Under the pieces are notes generated by a model. The model was not told where the DNA came from. It saw only the letters and a program-made list of their open reading frames with translations, and searched no databases. From assembly GCF_013365455.1 (NCBI RefSeq), contig NZ_CP046578.1:60001-92000 (forward strand): a DNA stretch of 32,000 bases, read 5' to 3'. The DNA is from Wolbachia endosymbiont of Dirofilaria (Dirofilaria) immitis (GTDB lineage: Bacteria > Pseudomonadota > Alphaproteobacteria > Rickettsiales > Anaplasmataceae). The position numbers and the translations under genes were made by a program. Shown piece by piece: positions 11,396 through 22,000 of the stretch. How positions within the stretch are numbered: the stretch's first letter is position 1; each line of letters opens with the position of its first letter.

Positions 11396-12763
11396 ATGCC
11401 AGAGGTATATATGATGACTTGCAAGAAGTGTAAAATGAAGGGTTTATATATTAAAACTTATGGCTGTCAGATGAATGTTTACGACTCCATTTTAATGAAA
11501 AATATGATTAAGCCTTTGGGATTTGATATTGTAAGCGATGTGGAAAAGGCTGATTTAGTGATACTAAATACTTGTTATATTAGAGAAAAGGCAGCGGAAA
11601 AGCTTTATTCAGAGCTTGGAAGGATTCACTTGTTACAAAAGAGTAAAGAAATTATTATAGTGGTAGCCGGATGTGTAGCACAAGCAGAAGGAGAAGAGAT
11701 ATTTAGAAGAGCTCCGTTTATACATGCTGTTGTTGGTCCGCAGAGTATTGCTACTTTACCAGAGCTGATAGTTAAGATAAACAAAAATAAAGGGCATGTA
11801 ATAAGCACTGACTTTCCTGTGATTGCGAAGTTTGATAAATTACAGGATAAGTGCTACGGTAATAGCCAAGGATCTTCTGCATTTCTTTCTATACAAGAGG
11901 GTTGTGATAAGTTTTGTACGTTTTGTGTAGTACCTTATACTCGTGGAGCTGAATATTCACGACCAGTGGGTGAAATATTCCGTGAAGCATTAAAATTAGT
12001 TGCAAATGGAACAAAGGAAATCAATTTGCTCGGTCAAAATGTTAATGCTTATCGTGGGGAATGTGAAGGGAAAGTGTGGAATTTAGGAAAATTAATTAGT
12101 TATATCGCTAGAATTGAAAAGCTAGAAAGAATCCGCTATACGACTTCTCACCCAAGAGATATGCATGAATCTCTATACTTGGTGCATGCGGAAGAACCAA
12201 AACTCATGCCATTTATTCACCTGCCTGTGCAATCAGGTTCAAATAAAATATTGCGTGCAATGAATAGAAAATACACTGCAGAGGAGTATTTGGAAATAAC
12301 GAGTAAGTTTCGCAAATTGAAACCTGAAATTGAATTTTCTTCTGATTTTATTGTTGGTTTTCCTGGAGAAACTGAAAGAGATTTTGAGGAGACTATAAAG
12401 TTAGTAGAAGAAGTAAAGTATGCTCAGGCTTATGGTTTTAAATATAGTCCAAGACCAGGTACACCTGGGGCAGAAAAAAAAGATCAAGTGCCTGAAGAAA
12501 TTAAAACAGAACGTCTCCTTTGTTTACAGAAGTTAATTAATAAACAACAGCTTAAATTTAACCAGAGTATGATAGGTAAAACTATACCTGTTCTATTTAG
12601 TGGTAAAAAAGGTAAACGTCAAAACCAAATTATTGGTAAGAGCCCATATATGCAATCAGTGTGTGTTAGCGATCCTGAAGGTAAATATGGAAATAAAATA
12701 GTGAATGTGAAAATACTGGAAGCTTGGCAGAATAGTTTATTAGGAGTAAGTTTAAAGGATTAA
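11396..12763 (+). CDS. miaB: tRNA-2-methylthio-N6-dimethylallyladenosine synthase (radical SAM methylthiotransferase)
   Basis: [15 protein letters not shown]-terminal UPF0004 motif, [18 protein letters not shown] radical-SAM CxxxCxx[22 protein letters not shown]-terminal TRAM-like region. Probable true start is ATG at 11435 ([10 protein letters not shown]). Confidence 0.95.
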   Translation: MPEVYMMTCKKCKMKGLYIKTYGCQMNVYDSILMKNMIKPLGFDIVSDVEKADLVILNTCYIREKAAEKLYSELGRIHLLQKSKEIIIVVAGCVAQAEGEEIFRRAPFIHAVVGPQSIATLPELIVKINKNKGHVISTDFPVIAKFDKLQDKCYGNSQGSSAFLSIQEGCDKFCTFCVVPYTRGAEYSRPVGEIFREALKLVANGTKEINLLGQNVNAYRGECEGKVWNLGKLISYIARIEKLERIRYTTSHPRDMHESLYLVHAEEPKLMPFIHLPVQSGSNKILRAMNRKYTAEEYLEITSKFRKLKPEIEFSSDFIVGFPGETERDFEETIKLVEEVKYAQAYGFKYSPRPGTPGAEKKDQVPEEIKTERLLCLQKLINKQQLKFNQSMIGKTIPVLFSGKKGKRQNQIIGKSPYMQSVCVSDPEGKYGNKIVNVKILEAWQNSLLGVSLKD

Positions 12764-13224
12764 CTCTGTTGATCACCTGTCAAAAATTATTCTTTTGCTT
12801 AGAGAAAAGCGCCACTATGAAAACAAAAGAGGACTTTTCTCGTTTATCTCTGGTCAATTATTTTAAATTCTATAGTAACCATAATTCTTTATTATGTTAG
12901 TATGTAAAGCTTCATATAGTATACTTTTAGGTCTGCTAGTTATTCTTCTTTTGCGTTTATGATATATTGTCTAGTTTTTTCTAAGAATTATTGTTCTTAT
13001 AGAAATGTAAGTTCTAAGTTAGATTTTTATGATAATATTTTTATTATTGTTGCCTTTAGGCATAATTAGCTCCTTTATATTAAATAATGTATTTAATATA
13101 TTAATATCAGATATAGTGATATTAATATATATTAATAGATAAACTTTTATAGAGATAAGGTTTACATTTTTTTGGATTTGTAATTTTTTACGAAGCTCTA
13201 TACTCTTTAGCTTTATCAGTAAAA

Positions 13225-16200
13225 GTGAGCATGAAGCATTATCCTAGTACAATTAGCAACCCTGATTTTTCTTTGTTAGAAAATGAAGTAATAAAATTTG
13301 GGCAGGAAAATAAAATTTTCGAGCGTTCAGTTGAAGAACGTTCTAAAGATAATTGTTTCGTCTTTTATGATGGACCTCCATTTGCAAATGGACTTCCACA
13401 TTATGGGCATTTACTTACTGGTTTTATAAAAGATGCGTTTGCAAGGTATCAAACCATGTTACAAAAGAGGGTTGAACGTAGATTTGGTTGGGATTGCCAT
13501 GGACTGCCAGCTGAGATGGGTGCAGAAAAGGAACTTGGAATATCTGGTAGGACTGAGATAGAAAAATTTGGTATTGAAAAATTTAATAACCATTGCCGTG
13601 CTTCTGTAATGAGATTTTCATTGGAATGGAAAAAATATATAAATAGGCAAGCAAGGTGGGTAGATTTTCATGATAGCTATAAAACAATGGATAGATCATT
13701 TATGGAGTCGGTCATGTGGGCATTTAAGCAGCTTTATGATAGAGGTCTGGTATATGAATCGGTACGTGTTGTGCCGTACAGCTGGGCGTGCGAGACTCCA
13801 TTATCTAATTTTGAAACAAGGCTTGATAACTCTTATAGAGAAAGGACTAGCAAGGCTGTCACTGTTGCATTTGAGCTTTTGGAAAATCCACAGCAATTTA
13901 AGCAAAAATGTAAATTGCTTGCTTGGACTACAACTCCTTGGACTTTGCCAAGTAATTTAGCTTTAGCAATAGGGAAAGATATTGAATATTGTGCGGTGTT
14001 AGTTCACTCCTTGATGTCATTTCAACATGTGACTCTAGAATCTGCTTTCGGATTTCAGTGTCAAGGTGCTAGGATAACAGAGGACAATAAAAGAAATCAG
14101 GTAAGTGATGAGGTATATATCTTTGCTAAAAGCTACCTAGAAAAATTTATCGATTATTGCGAAAAGGACAATGTTACATATGAAAACTGTAACATAAGGC
14201 TTAAAGCAAATGATCTTATAGGTCTTTCTTATAAGCCACTGTTTGATTACTTTAAAGATACAAAAAATGCGTTCCGCATTTTTGCTGCTGATTATGTTGT
14301 AGGAGAAAATGGTACTGGCGTTGTACATACTGCTCCTGGATTTGGTGAGGAAGATTTTTACCTTTGCCAAGGTCATAATATTCCAGCTGTTTGTCCGATT
14401 GATAACAGTGGTAAATTTACTCTTGAAGTTTCAGATCTAGCCGGAGTGCATGTTTTTGATGCTGACGATATAATAATAAAGAAATTGAGAGAGCAAGGAA
14501 ACTGGTTTAAAACTGAGAAATATGTTCATAATTATCCGCACTGCTGGAGAACTGATACTCCTTTAATCTACCGTACTATGCCTTCTTGGTATGTTGCTGT
14601 GACAAAGTTTAAGGGAAGGATGTTGGAGTTGAATAGAAGAGTCAATTGGATACCAGATTATATAAGAGATGGTCAGTTCGGAAAATGGCTTGAAGGAGCA
14701 CATGATTGGTCAGTTTCACGCAATCGGTTTTGGGGTACACCAATTCCTGTGTGGAAATCGGATGATGTAAGGTATCCAAGAATAGATGTATATGGTTCAA
14801 TAGCAGAACTAGAACGAGATTTTAATGTTAAAGTAAATGATTTACACAGACCATTTATTGATTCTTTGACAAGGCTAAATCCTGATGATCCAACAGAAAA
14901 GTCAGTTATGCGCCGTGTACCCGACGTGTTTGACTGTTGGTTTGAGTCTGGTTCAATGCCGTTTGCACAAGTTCACTATCCATTTGAAAATAAGAAATGG
15001 TTTAAGGGTAATTTTCCTGCAGATTTTATCACTGAATATATAGCGCAAACAAGAGGGTGGTTCTATACACTTTTTGTATTATCTACTGCTTTATTTGACA
15101 GTGAACCATTTAGAAATTGTATATGCCACGGTGTAGTTTTGGATATGAAAGGTCATAAGTTATCTAAGCATTTGAGTAATTATGTAGATCCAATGGAGGT
15201 TTTTGATAAGTATGGTTCTGATGCTCTGCGCTTTTTTATGCTTTCTAGCCCTATTGTTTGTGGTGGTGATTTGTTACTTGATAAAGATGGGAACTCGATA
15301 CGAGATGTTTTAAGAAATGTGATAAAACCTATTTGGAGTAGTTATCACTTCTTTACTATGTATGCAAATGCAGATGAAATCAAGGCTGCAGTTTGTAAAG
15401 ATTATCAAAGTACTATTGATTGTTATATGGTCTCTAAATGTTTTGAAGCTATAGAAAGCATCCAGACTTTTATGAACAACTATAATTCTCAAGGAGCTTG
15501 CAAAGTTCTAATAGATTTTTTTGAAGTGCTGAATAACTGGTATATCCGTCGCAATCGTGGGCGTTTTTGGAGAAATGGTTTAGATCAGAATAAAATTGAT
15601 GCTTATAATGTTTTATACACGGTTTTTTATTATATATTAAGAGCCGCAGCTCCTTTATTGCCGCTTATAACAGAAGCTATATGGCAGGGACTTAAGTATA
15701 GGGAAACATCTGTTCATTTAGCTGATTTTCCACAATTAGAGAGGTATGATAGTAAATTTATTGCCAAAATGGATTTGGTGAGAGAAATGTGTAATGCTGC
15801 ACTCTCTGTTAGAAACACTTTTAATATACGTATTAGGCAGCCACTTGGCAGTATGGTAATTTATCATCAGTTTTTTTGTAATTTTCTTGAGAATGATTAT
15901 CAGGAGATGATAAAGGATGAGGTAAATATAAAAAGCTTGGAATTAGTTAACAAGCTTGAAGATATTGCGTCACTGGAGTTAAAGCTAAATTTTTCACTGC
16001 TTGGAAAAAAGATTCCGAGCAAAATCAAGAGGCTAGTTCAATATGTTAAAGGGAGAAAATGGAGACAGATTGAAGGTGGGCGAATATTTTTAGGAGATGA
16101 GTTAGAAAGCTATGTTATAGAAGAAGGTGAGTATGAACTATTATTAAAGGCAAATAGGGAGCATTCTGCTGTATTTGATAACAATAAAGGGGTTGTTGTC

Positions 16201-16485
16201 CTAAACATTGAACTAAATGATGAATTGATTCTAGAAGGACTTGCGCGAGATATTGTAAGGTTCATTCAGGAAACTAGGAAACAAGCTAATTTTCATATAT
16301 CTGATAGAATCAGAGTAATAATCAAAACAGAGGATGAGAAAATTGAAAAAGCGGTAAATGTGTGGGGTAAGTATATAAAAGAGCAGACTCTTGCCTTATC
16401 TTTAGAGGTTGGTGCAGAAATCAGAGCTGGCTTCTATTTTAAGAAATACCAAGATTTGATCATTGGTATTAGTTTAAATTATTAA
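13225..16485 (+). CDS. ileS: Isoleucyl-tRNA synthetase
   Basis: 1086-aa ORF: FYDGPPFANGLPHYGHLLTG (HIGH), GWDCHGLPAE, TTPWTLPSNLA, GTGVVHTAPGFGEED, FPADFITEYIAQTRGWFYT, KLSKHLSNYVDP (KMSKS-type motif). Confidence 0.97.
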   Translation: MSMKHYPSTISNPDFSLLENEVIKFGQENKIFERSVEERSKDNCFVFYDGPPFANGLPHYGHLLTGFIKDAFARYQTMLQKRVERRFGWDCHGLPAEMGAEKELGISGRTEIEKFGIEKFNNHCRASVMRFSLEWKKYINRQARWVDFHDSYKTMDRSFMESVMWAFKQLYDRGLVYESVRVVPYSWACETPLSNFETRLDNSYRERTSKAVTVAFELLENPQQFKQKCKLLAWTTTPWTLPSNLALAIGKDIEYCAVLVHSLMSFQHVTLESAFGFQCQGARITEDNKRNQVSDEVYIFAKSYLEKFIDYCEKDNVTYENCNIRLKANDLIGLSYKPLFDYFKDTKNAFRIFAADYVVGENGTGVVHTAPGFGEEDFYLCQGHNIPAVCPIDNSGKFTLEVSDLAGVHVFDADDIIIKKLREQGNWFKTEKYVHNYPHCWRTDTPLIYRTMPSWYVAVTKFKGRMLELNRRVNWIPDYIRDGQFGKWLEGAHDWSVSRNRFWGTPIPVWKSDDVRYPRIDVYGSIAELERDFNVKVNDLHRPFIDSLTRLNPDDPTEKSVMRRVPDVFDCWFESGSMPFAQVHYPFENKKWFKGNFPADFITEYIAQTRGWFYTLFVLSTALFDSEPFRNCICHGVVLDMKGHKLSKHLSNYVDPMEVFDKYGSDALRFFMLSSPIVCGGDLLLDKDGNSIRDVLRNVIKPIWSSYHFFTMYANADEIKAAVCKDYQSTIDCYMVSKCFEAIESIQTFMNNYNSQGACKVLIDFFEVLNNWYIRRNRGRFWRNGLDQNKIDAYNVLYTVFYYILRAAAPLLPLITEAIWQGLKYRETSVHLADFPQLERYDSKFIAKMDLVREMCNAALSVRNTFNIRIRQPLGSMVIYHQFFCNFLENDYQEMIKDEVNIKSLELVNKLEDIASLELKLNFSLLGKKIPSKIKRLVQYVKGRKWRQIEGGRIFLGDELESYVIEEGEYELLLKANREHSAVFDNNKGVVVLNIELNDELILEGLARDIVRFIQETRKQANFHISDRIRVIIKTEDEKIEKAVNVWGKYIKEQTLALSLEVGAEIRAGFYFKKYQDLIIGISLNY

Positions 16486-16544
16486 GTAGTTGAGAATTGT
16501 CATTGTTCATGCTACACTTAAGTTACTTCAAATGAGGTTACAAT

Positions 16545-19289
16545 ATGGATATAGCTGTTAAAGTTGGTAACTTAAGTAACGATGATGATGGTAGTTTGGG
16601 TAAAAAAGAGTCTGTTCTTACTTCGAAAGAGCAAGATGATTTGAGGAAAAGGGATGAGGTTGTTGATTTTAGTATCCCACTAAGTATATTTTATTATAAA
16701 GGTTATAACTCTGACTTTTTTACTTCCTGGTATAATGTATCAAGTAAAATCTTCAAAGAGATAAGCAGTGTTTGCCCGGAAAAACGGGTGTTAAATTTAG
16801 CTTTATCGGTTTTGATGCTTCCTTATGTTGCTTTTGTTGTATTAGGGTTAGTCATATGTAGTAGATTTAAAGCAGACGATAAAATACAGATCGGTTTTGA
16901 AGAGAATAAAGTGAAAAAAGGTGAAGTGAGTGAAAGTGTACCGAAAAGATTGGCATATGGTGTTCTTACTGCGATAGTGATTCTTGTTAACGTGGCTATG
17001 CTTGTAGTCTTAATTATCCCTGCAACACTTGCTTTAGCTACTTTTTGTCTTTTAAATAGGAAATTATCTAACTCTTTAATTGCTGCTCTTAGAATAAGTA
17101 TTGGGCTGTGTTATAATAAGCACCAAGATATTAGAGTATCTTTTCATGAAACAAGTTATGGGGCGGAAGTTCTTAATCCAAACATTATGTGGAATATGAA
17201 GATTAAGTTCCCGCCACAGTTTGAACAGTTGCTTAAAGATTTATGCGAAGATGGAAATGGTAAACTATCTATTATGCGAGATGTAGGGCATAGTACTATA
17301 CTAAAGCTATCAGCTAATGTTCGCTTAAAAAATGGTCTTGTACATTTGTATAGTGAAATTAGTAATGTGATTGCAAAGTCAATTCGAGAATTTGCAAGGG
17401 GTATTGAAAAACTGGTAAAACTAAGAAAGAATGATATCGTATACGATAGCCTAAAAAAGCTGTTGAATGAGTTTAGACTGAAGGTGATAGATAGTGTAGA
17501 TTCTAAGTTAGCAAGTCACTTAATACAGGACGCTTATAGAGTTGCCTTTATACAGGCAATTAAGGTTGCACAAAGGGAAAGAGAAAAAAGGGGGGGATTA
17601 GATATAGAAGAAAGACTGAAAGAGGTATTGGTAGAGCAAGAATTGAAAAGCCAGGGTAAGGAGTTACCGACTGAGAAAGAGATGATAATAAGGGATTTAA
17701 AAATATCAACCAACTTAAAAAGTGGTACACTTCCTTTGTTTAGAGCAAAATGGAAACAACGTGTGGTTGGAGGAGTAATTGGTGTTTACAGTGAAATATA
17801 TCCTCAGGAGACAAAAAAGGCTACCTCTGAGGCTAGAAATTTAATTGTAGAGTTAAAAGAAAAAGGAGGACGGAAATATCAGAACATAAAAGAGAAATTA
17901 GAGGTGATATATTTAAAGATACATAAAGCTTTGAAAAAAGATAGCAGTTCAGTGAGTAATAATCTAAGGAGGAAACTTGAGGATATTTTTGAATTTGAGC
18001 CTGCTAATCAATATGTTTATCGAGAGTTGGTAAAATCGAAAATAAGAAAGGCTGAAGTTATGTTAAGTCAATCGGATCTAGCAGTTGATGTAAAGCAGGG
18101 TCTGCTTGGTGAATTCTGTGATTTAAATATAAATGTGTGTTCTTATCATGAAGTAAACCTCTTGCTAGAGAAAATGTATTTAGAAATAATGAAATGTAAA
18201 ACTCAAAGTTTGTTTCAAGAGCAAGGAAAAAGTATAAGAGACATAGAAGATAATACTGGTGTATTCATGCTGTTTGATGGGGAGGATGAAGAATGCCTAG
18301 TAAATAGGATTGTTTCTTATCGAGAAGAAGTAGGAAAGTATTTAATGCAACCTGTGGAATTGAAGAAAGTAATAGAAAAGCAGAATAAGAATTTGGATAG
18401 TGAGAAAAATAGTAAAGAGAAGGAATCTTTAAGTATAGAGTTGATAGAGTTATGTTTGAAAAATAACCAGGAAATTTTGGAAACATTGGAACGATTAGGA
18501 TCAGAAAAAGAAGGGTTATTGATAAATGAGAAAACGGAAAATGATTACAGAGAAGAACTTACTTCTCGTGAAAAGATAAGATTTGCGGTAATAGAAGATG
18601 ATTTATTGAAGTTGTGTAAGCAAGAAACTTTTAATGAAAAAGAAATCAAGAAGTTATTAGAGAGAGCAGAACTTGAATGCTGTTTAGCAGAAAAATGTAT
18701 CGAATATCCTATGATTAAAACGAAAGATAATATCAAACATTTTTGTCAGGCTTTATTATCTCCTTTGATAGGTATTTTGATGGAAAATATAATAAGTAAT
18801 GTGCCAAAAAATATATCGAAAGATAATGAAAATAATTTATTAGGTCAGGGTTGGGGTTGGGTATATAGAAAAGTAATAAAGCCTGCGCAGGTTGCTCTGA
18901 ATTATAATAAGCTTGGATTATCAGCTATTGGAGATAAAAATAGTATAGAAGGAAAAGCATTAGATTCAGCTCATAATACTTATAAGGAGGTAGAGATGTT
19001 GCTTCAATATTTTGAATCAAGTTATGAGAAAGTAGGAACTTTAGTAGGTAATGTATTTTCTGATGATGGAGAAACATTTAAAAAGAATATATGGCCTCAA
19101 GTAAAAGAGCATTTGTGTAGTATGTGGAATAGATTTTTTAAGGATATTGAGTTCACACTGGTTAATGAAAGTGAAAATATCCCTCAAGAAACAGAAGAGA
19201 CAGTGAAAACTAAATTAAGTGAGCTTTATAATATAGGAATACGGCGACAAGCTCTACCTGGTAGCATAATACACTATCTTGCTAAGTAG
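16545..19289 (+). CDS. Uncharacterised large protein, two hydrophobic segments near N-terminus followed by a long charged helical region
   Basis: Uninterrupted 914-aa ORF; hydrophobic segments [23 protein letters not shown] and [35 protein letters not shown]; K/E-rich remainder. No family recognised. Confidence 0.85.
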   Translation: MDIAVKVGNLSNDDDGSLGKKESVLTSKEQDDLRKRDEVVDFSIPLSIFYYKGYNSDFFTSWYNVSSKIFKEISSVCPEKRVLNLALSVLMLPYVAFVVLGLVICSRFKADDKIQIGFEENKVKKGEVSESVPKRLAYGVLTAIVILVNVAMLVVLIIPATLALATFCLLNRKLSNSLIAALRISIGLCYNKHQDIRVSFHETSYGAEVLNPNIMWNMKIKFPPQFEQLLKDLCEDGNGKLSIMRDVGHSTILKLSANVRLKNGLVHLYSEISNVIAKSIREFARGIEKLVKLRKNDIVYDSLKKLLNEFRLKVIDSVDSKLASHLIQDAYRVAFIQAIKVAQREREKRGGLDIEERLKEVLVEQELKSQGKELPTEKEMIIRDLKISTNLKSGTLPLFRAKWKQRVVGGVIGVYSEIYPQETKKATSEARNLIVELKEKGGRKYQNIKEKLEVIYLKIHKALKKDSSSVSNNLRRKLEDIFEFEPANQYVYRELVKSKIRKAEVMLSQSDLAVDVKQGLLGEFCDLNINVCSYHEVNLLLEKMYLEIMKCKTQSLFQEQGKSIRDIEDNTGVFMLFDGEDEECLVNRIVSYREEVGKYLMQPVELKKVIEKQNKNLDSEKNSKEKESLSIELIELCLKNNQEILETLERLGSEKEGLLINEKTENDYREELTSREKIRFAVIEDDLLKLCKQETFNEKEIKKLLERAELECCLAEKCIEYPMIKTKDNIKHFCQALLSPLIGILMENIISNVPKNISKDNENNLLGQGWGWVYRKVIKPAQVALNYNKLGLSAIGDKNSIEGKALDSAHNTYKEVEMLLQYFESSYEKVGTLVGNVFSDDGETFKKNIWPQVKEHLCSMWNRFFKDIEFTLVNESENIPQETEETVKTKLSELYNIGIRRQALPGSIIHYLAK

Positions 19290-22000
19290 TTATAAATGGC
19301 TGTGATAATATCACTATCATTACAGCCTGTTTGAACAAGTTCATCGTTTCCACTGCAACTTTTTCCAGTTACAGTAGATACTAGCTCTTTTGCACTGATT
19401 TTGTCAGCTAGGTCTTTACTTACTTTTACAATCAAAGCTGTTTTACTGGACTTCTTGCTTGGTGAGAAATTAGTAGCTCTATTTGGCATCATCCCAGTGT
19501 GTGAAGTTGGAATGATAAAGGATTGCGAAAGTGTTTTATTCTTTCCAGTTACTGTAAAAGCTATTACTGTTTTTGGCTTTTGTTGCTGCAGAACAAATTC
19601 TCTTATTATATTTACTGGAATGTCAGTAAAAGCATGACTTATAAAATATATCCTATTTATTTCGATGCTTTTTATATTTTCTATTCTTAAGAGCTTTTTA
19701 TAAAGTTTTTTTATTTTAGCTTCGAATTCTTTGCGTTCTTGATTTAAAATATCTAATCGATTTATTATCTCGCTTATTGGCGCTTTTACGGATTTTGCAA
19801 CTTTTTTTAAGTTAATTTCATTATTACGGACATAATTAATTGCTTCTTGACCAGTTAGGGCTTCGATTCTTCTTACTCCAGATGAAATAGAACATTCTGT
19901 TACTATTTTAAATAAACCTATTTCTCCAGTGCATTCTACATGTGTCCCACTACATAATTCTTTTGAGTCTCCAATGTTTACAACCCTGACCTGATCACCA
20001 TATTTTTTGCCAAACGATGCTATAGCTCCTTCACTCATTGCCTGGTTTATGCTCTGAATTTTTGTGGACGTGGAAAGATTTGCTCTTATTAAAAAGTTTA
20101 CCATATCTTCTATTAAAAACAGCTGATTTTGAGTAACTTGAGTGTTATGGCTGAAGTCAAATCTTAATCTATCTGATGCAACTAAAGAACCTTTTTGAGT
20201 AATGTGATCACCTAAGGTTTTTTTCAGTACAAAGTGTAAAAGATGTGTAGCTGAGTGATTCATTCTTATGCTCTTTCTTTTTTCCTTATCAATGGTTGCT
20301 GTGACTATGTCACCTTTATGAATTGAACCAGATTTAACTATGCATCTGTGTAGATATAAGTCTTTAATTTTATTGGTATTTTCTACTGTAACTATACCTT
20401 GAATAGTATGATTTGTAGTACATGATTGGTTATTTTTTTTGTGAATCTCAGCGCTTATCAATGGGGTAGCAAAGAGAAACTCTCCAACATCCCCAGATTG
20501 TCCACCTGATTCACCATAAAAAGGCGTTTTATCAAGTATGATAGTTATCTTATCTCCCTTTTGTGCAGAGTTAATAACTTTATTTTTAGGGGAAATTATG
20601 GCTAGTACTTTTGCATCCTTTGCTTCACTAGACTCATAACCAATGAATTCTGTTTTGCCAAATTTATCAATCAAATCAAACCATACTTGCTTAACGGATT
20701 TTTCGCCAGGTCCTACTACTACCCATTTAGCACGTGCTCTTTCCTTCTGTTCTTCCATTGCGTTATCAAAACCCTTTTGGTCAAAATTTATTCTTCTCTC
20801 TTTTAAAATATCAAGCGTGATATCTAAGGGGAATCCATAAGTATCATATAGCTTAAATGCTGATTTTCCTGATAGAGTATCACCTGGTTTTAAATCTGCA
20901 ATAAATTTTTCTAAGAGATTGATACCTTTCACCAAAGTATCTTTAAAGTTCTCTTCCTCTGATTTTAATGTTATTTCTATTAAGCTTTTAGCTCTAATTA
21001 ACTCAGGGTAAATATCTCCCATATAAGCTGAGCTTGAGCTATCTATTAATACTGGAAAAATATGATGAAGAAGGGGTTTATTATATCCAAGCTGGTGAAT
21101 ATAACATGCAGCTCTCCTGATCAATCTACGTAATACATAACTTCTGCCTTCGTTTCCAGGAAGCATTCCTTCTGCAATTAGAAATGCAGCTGAACGAAGA
21201 TGATCTGCGATAATCTTATGAGCTACTTTATTTTCTATATTTGCACAGTATCCTTGTGATTTATTTATTATGGTAGAAAATAGATCAATATCATAGTTAT
21301 CGTGAACGTTTTGCATCACAGCAGCTATTCTTTCAAGACCCATCCCAGTGTCAATGCATTTCTTTTGTAATTTTTGTAAATTGCCTTCTTCATCTTTATT
21401 GTATTCTATGAATACCAAATTCCAAATTTCAACAGTTCTGTCATTATCTTGTAAGTTGGGCTTTGCATGATCGAAAAGAATTTCAGAACATGGACCACAT
21501 GGACCAGTGTTGCCCATGCTCCAAAAGTTGTCTTCTGTTGCAATTCTTATGATTTTATCATCTGAAAAACCACTTACCTTGCGCCAAATTTTGTATGATT
21601 CATTATCAGTATGATAAATGGTTATAGATAATCTGCTTTTGTCAAGAGATAATTCTTCGGTAATAAATTTCCATGCAAGTTCTATTGCTGTTTCTTTAAA
21701 GTAATCACCAAAGCTAAAATTCCCAAGCATTTCAAAGAATGTATGGTGCCTAGTCGTATAACCAACGTTTTCTAGATCATTATGTTTACCGCCGGCCCTT
21801 AAACACTTTTGACTTGAAACAGCACGTTCAGCTTCAATTTTTTGTAAACCAGTAAAGCAGTTTTTGAACTGCACCATGCCAGCATTTGTAAACATAAGTG
21901 TTGTGTCGTGTTCTGGAATTAAAGGAGAAGAAGGAATATGCTTGTGATTGTTATTTACGAAAAAATTTATGAATCTTTCCCTAATTTCGTTTAGCTTCAT
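19274..22000 (-). CDS. alaS: Alanyl-tRNA synthetase
   Basis: 908-aa ORF: [62 protein letters not shown]-type region, [21 protein letters not shown]-like [14 protein letters not shown], editing-domain HSATHLLH and [13 protein letters not shown]. Confidence 0.97.
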   Translation of the reverse strand: MKLNEIRERFINFFVNNNHKHIPSSPLIPEHDTTLMFTNAGMVQFKNCFTGLQKIEAERAVSSQKCLRAGGKHNDLENVGYTTRHHTFFEMLGNFSFGDYFKETAIELAWKFITEELSLDKSRLSITIYHTDNESYKIWRKVSGFSDDKIIRIATEDNFWSMGNTGPCGPCSEILFDHAKPNLQDNDRTVEIWNLVFIEYNKDEEGNLQKLQKKCIDTGMGLERIAAVMQNVHDNYDIDLFSTIINKSQGYCANIENKVAHKIIADHLRSAAFLIAEGMLPGNEGRSYVLRRLIRRAACYIHQLGYNKPLLHHIFPVLIDSSSSAYMGDIYPELIRAKSLIEITLKSEEENFKDTLVKGINLLEKFIADLKPGDTLSGKSAFKLYDTYGFPLDITLDILKERRINFDQKGFDNAMEEQKERARAKWVVVGPGEKSVKQVWFDLIDKFGKTEFIGYESSEAKDAKVLAIISPKNKVINSAQKGDKITIILDKTPFYGESGGQSGDVGEFLFATPLISAEIHKKNNQSCTTNHTIQGIVTVENTNKIKDLYLHRCIVKSGSIHKGDIVTATIDKEKRKSIRMNHSATHLLHFVLKKTLGDHITQKGSLVASDRLRFDFSHNTQVTQNQLFLIEDMVNFLIRANLSTSTKIQSINQAMSEGAIASFGKKYGDQVRVVNIGDSKELCSGTHVECTGEIGLFKIVTECSISSGVRRIEALTGQEAINYVRNNEINLKKVAKSVKAPISEIINRLDILNQERKEFEAKIKKLYKKLLRIENIKSIEINRIYFISHAFTDIPVNIIREFVLQQQKPKTVIAFTVTGKNKTLSQSFIIPTSHTGMMPNRATNFSPSKKSSKTALIVKVSKDLADKISAKELVSTVTGKSCSGNDELVQTGCNDSDIITAIYNYLAR

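Noticed and set aside
15133-15192. KLSKHLSNY in IleS and KISKRKGG in GltX as abnormal catalytic motifs
   Set aside because: Within normal variation of KMSKS-type motifs in class I synthetases; the surrounding signatures are intact.
13670-15492. ORFs 13670..13960 (+), 14137..14376 (-) and 15310..15492 (-) within ileS
   Set aside because: Overlap ileS in other frames or on the other strand; IleS motifs are continuous in its own frame.
18265-20840. ORFs 18265..18486, 18545..18736, 19401..19637 and 20643..20840
   Set aside because: Antisense to the 914-aa gene or to alaS, with no independent support.
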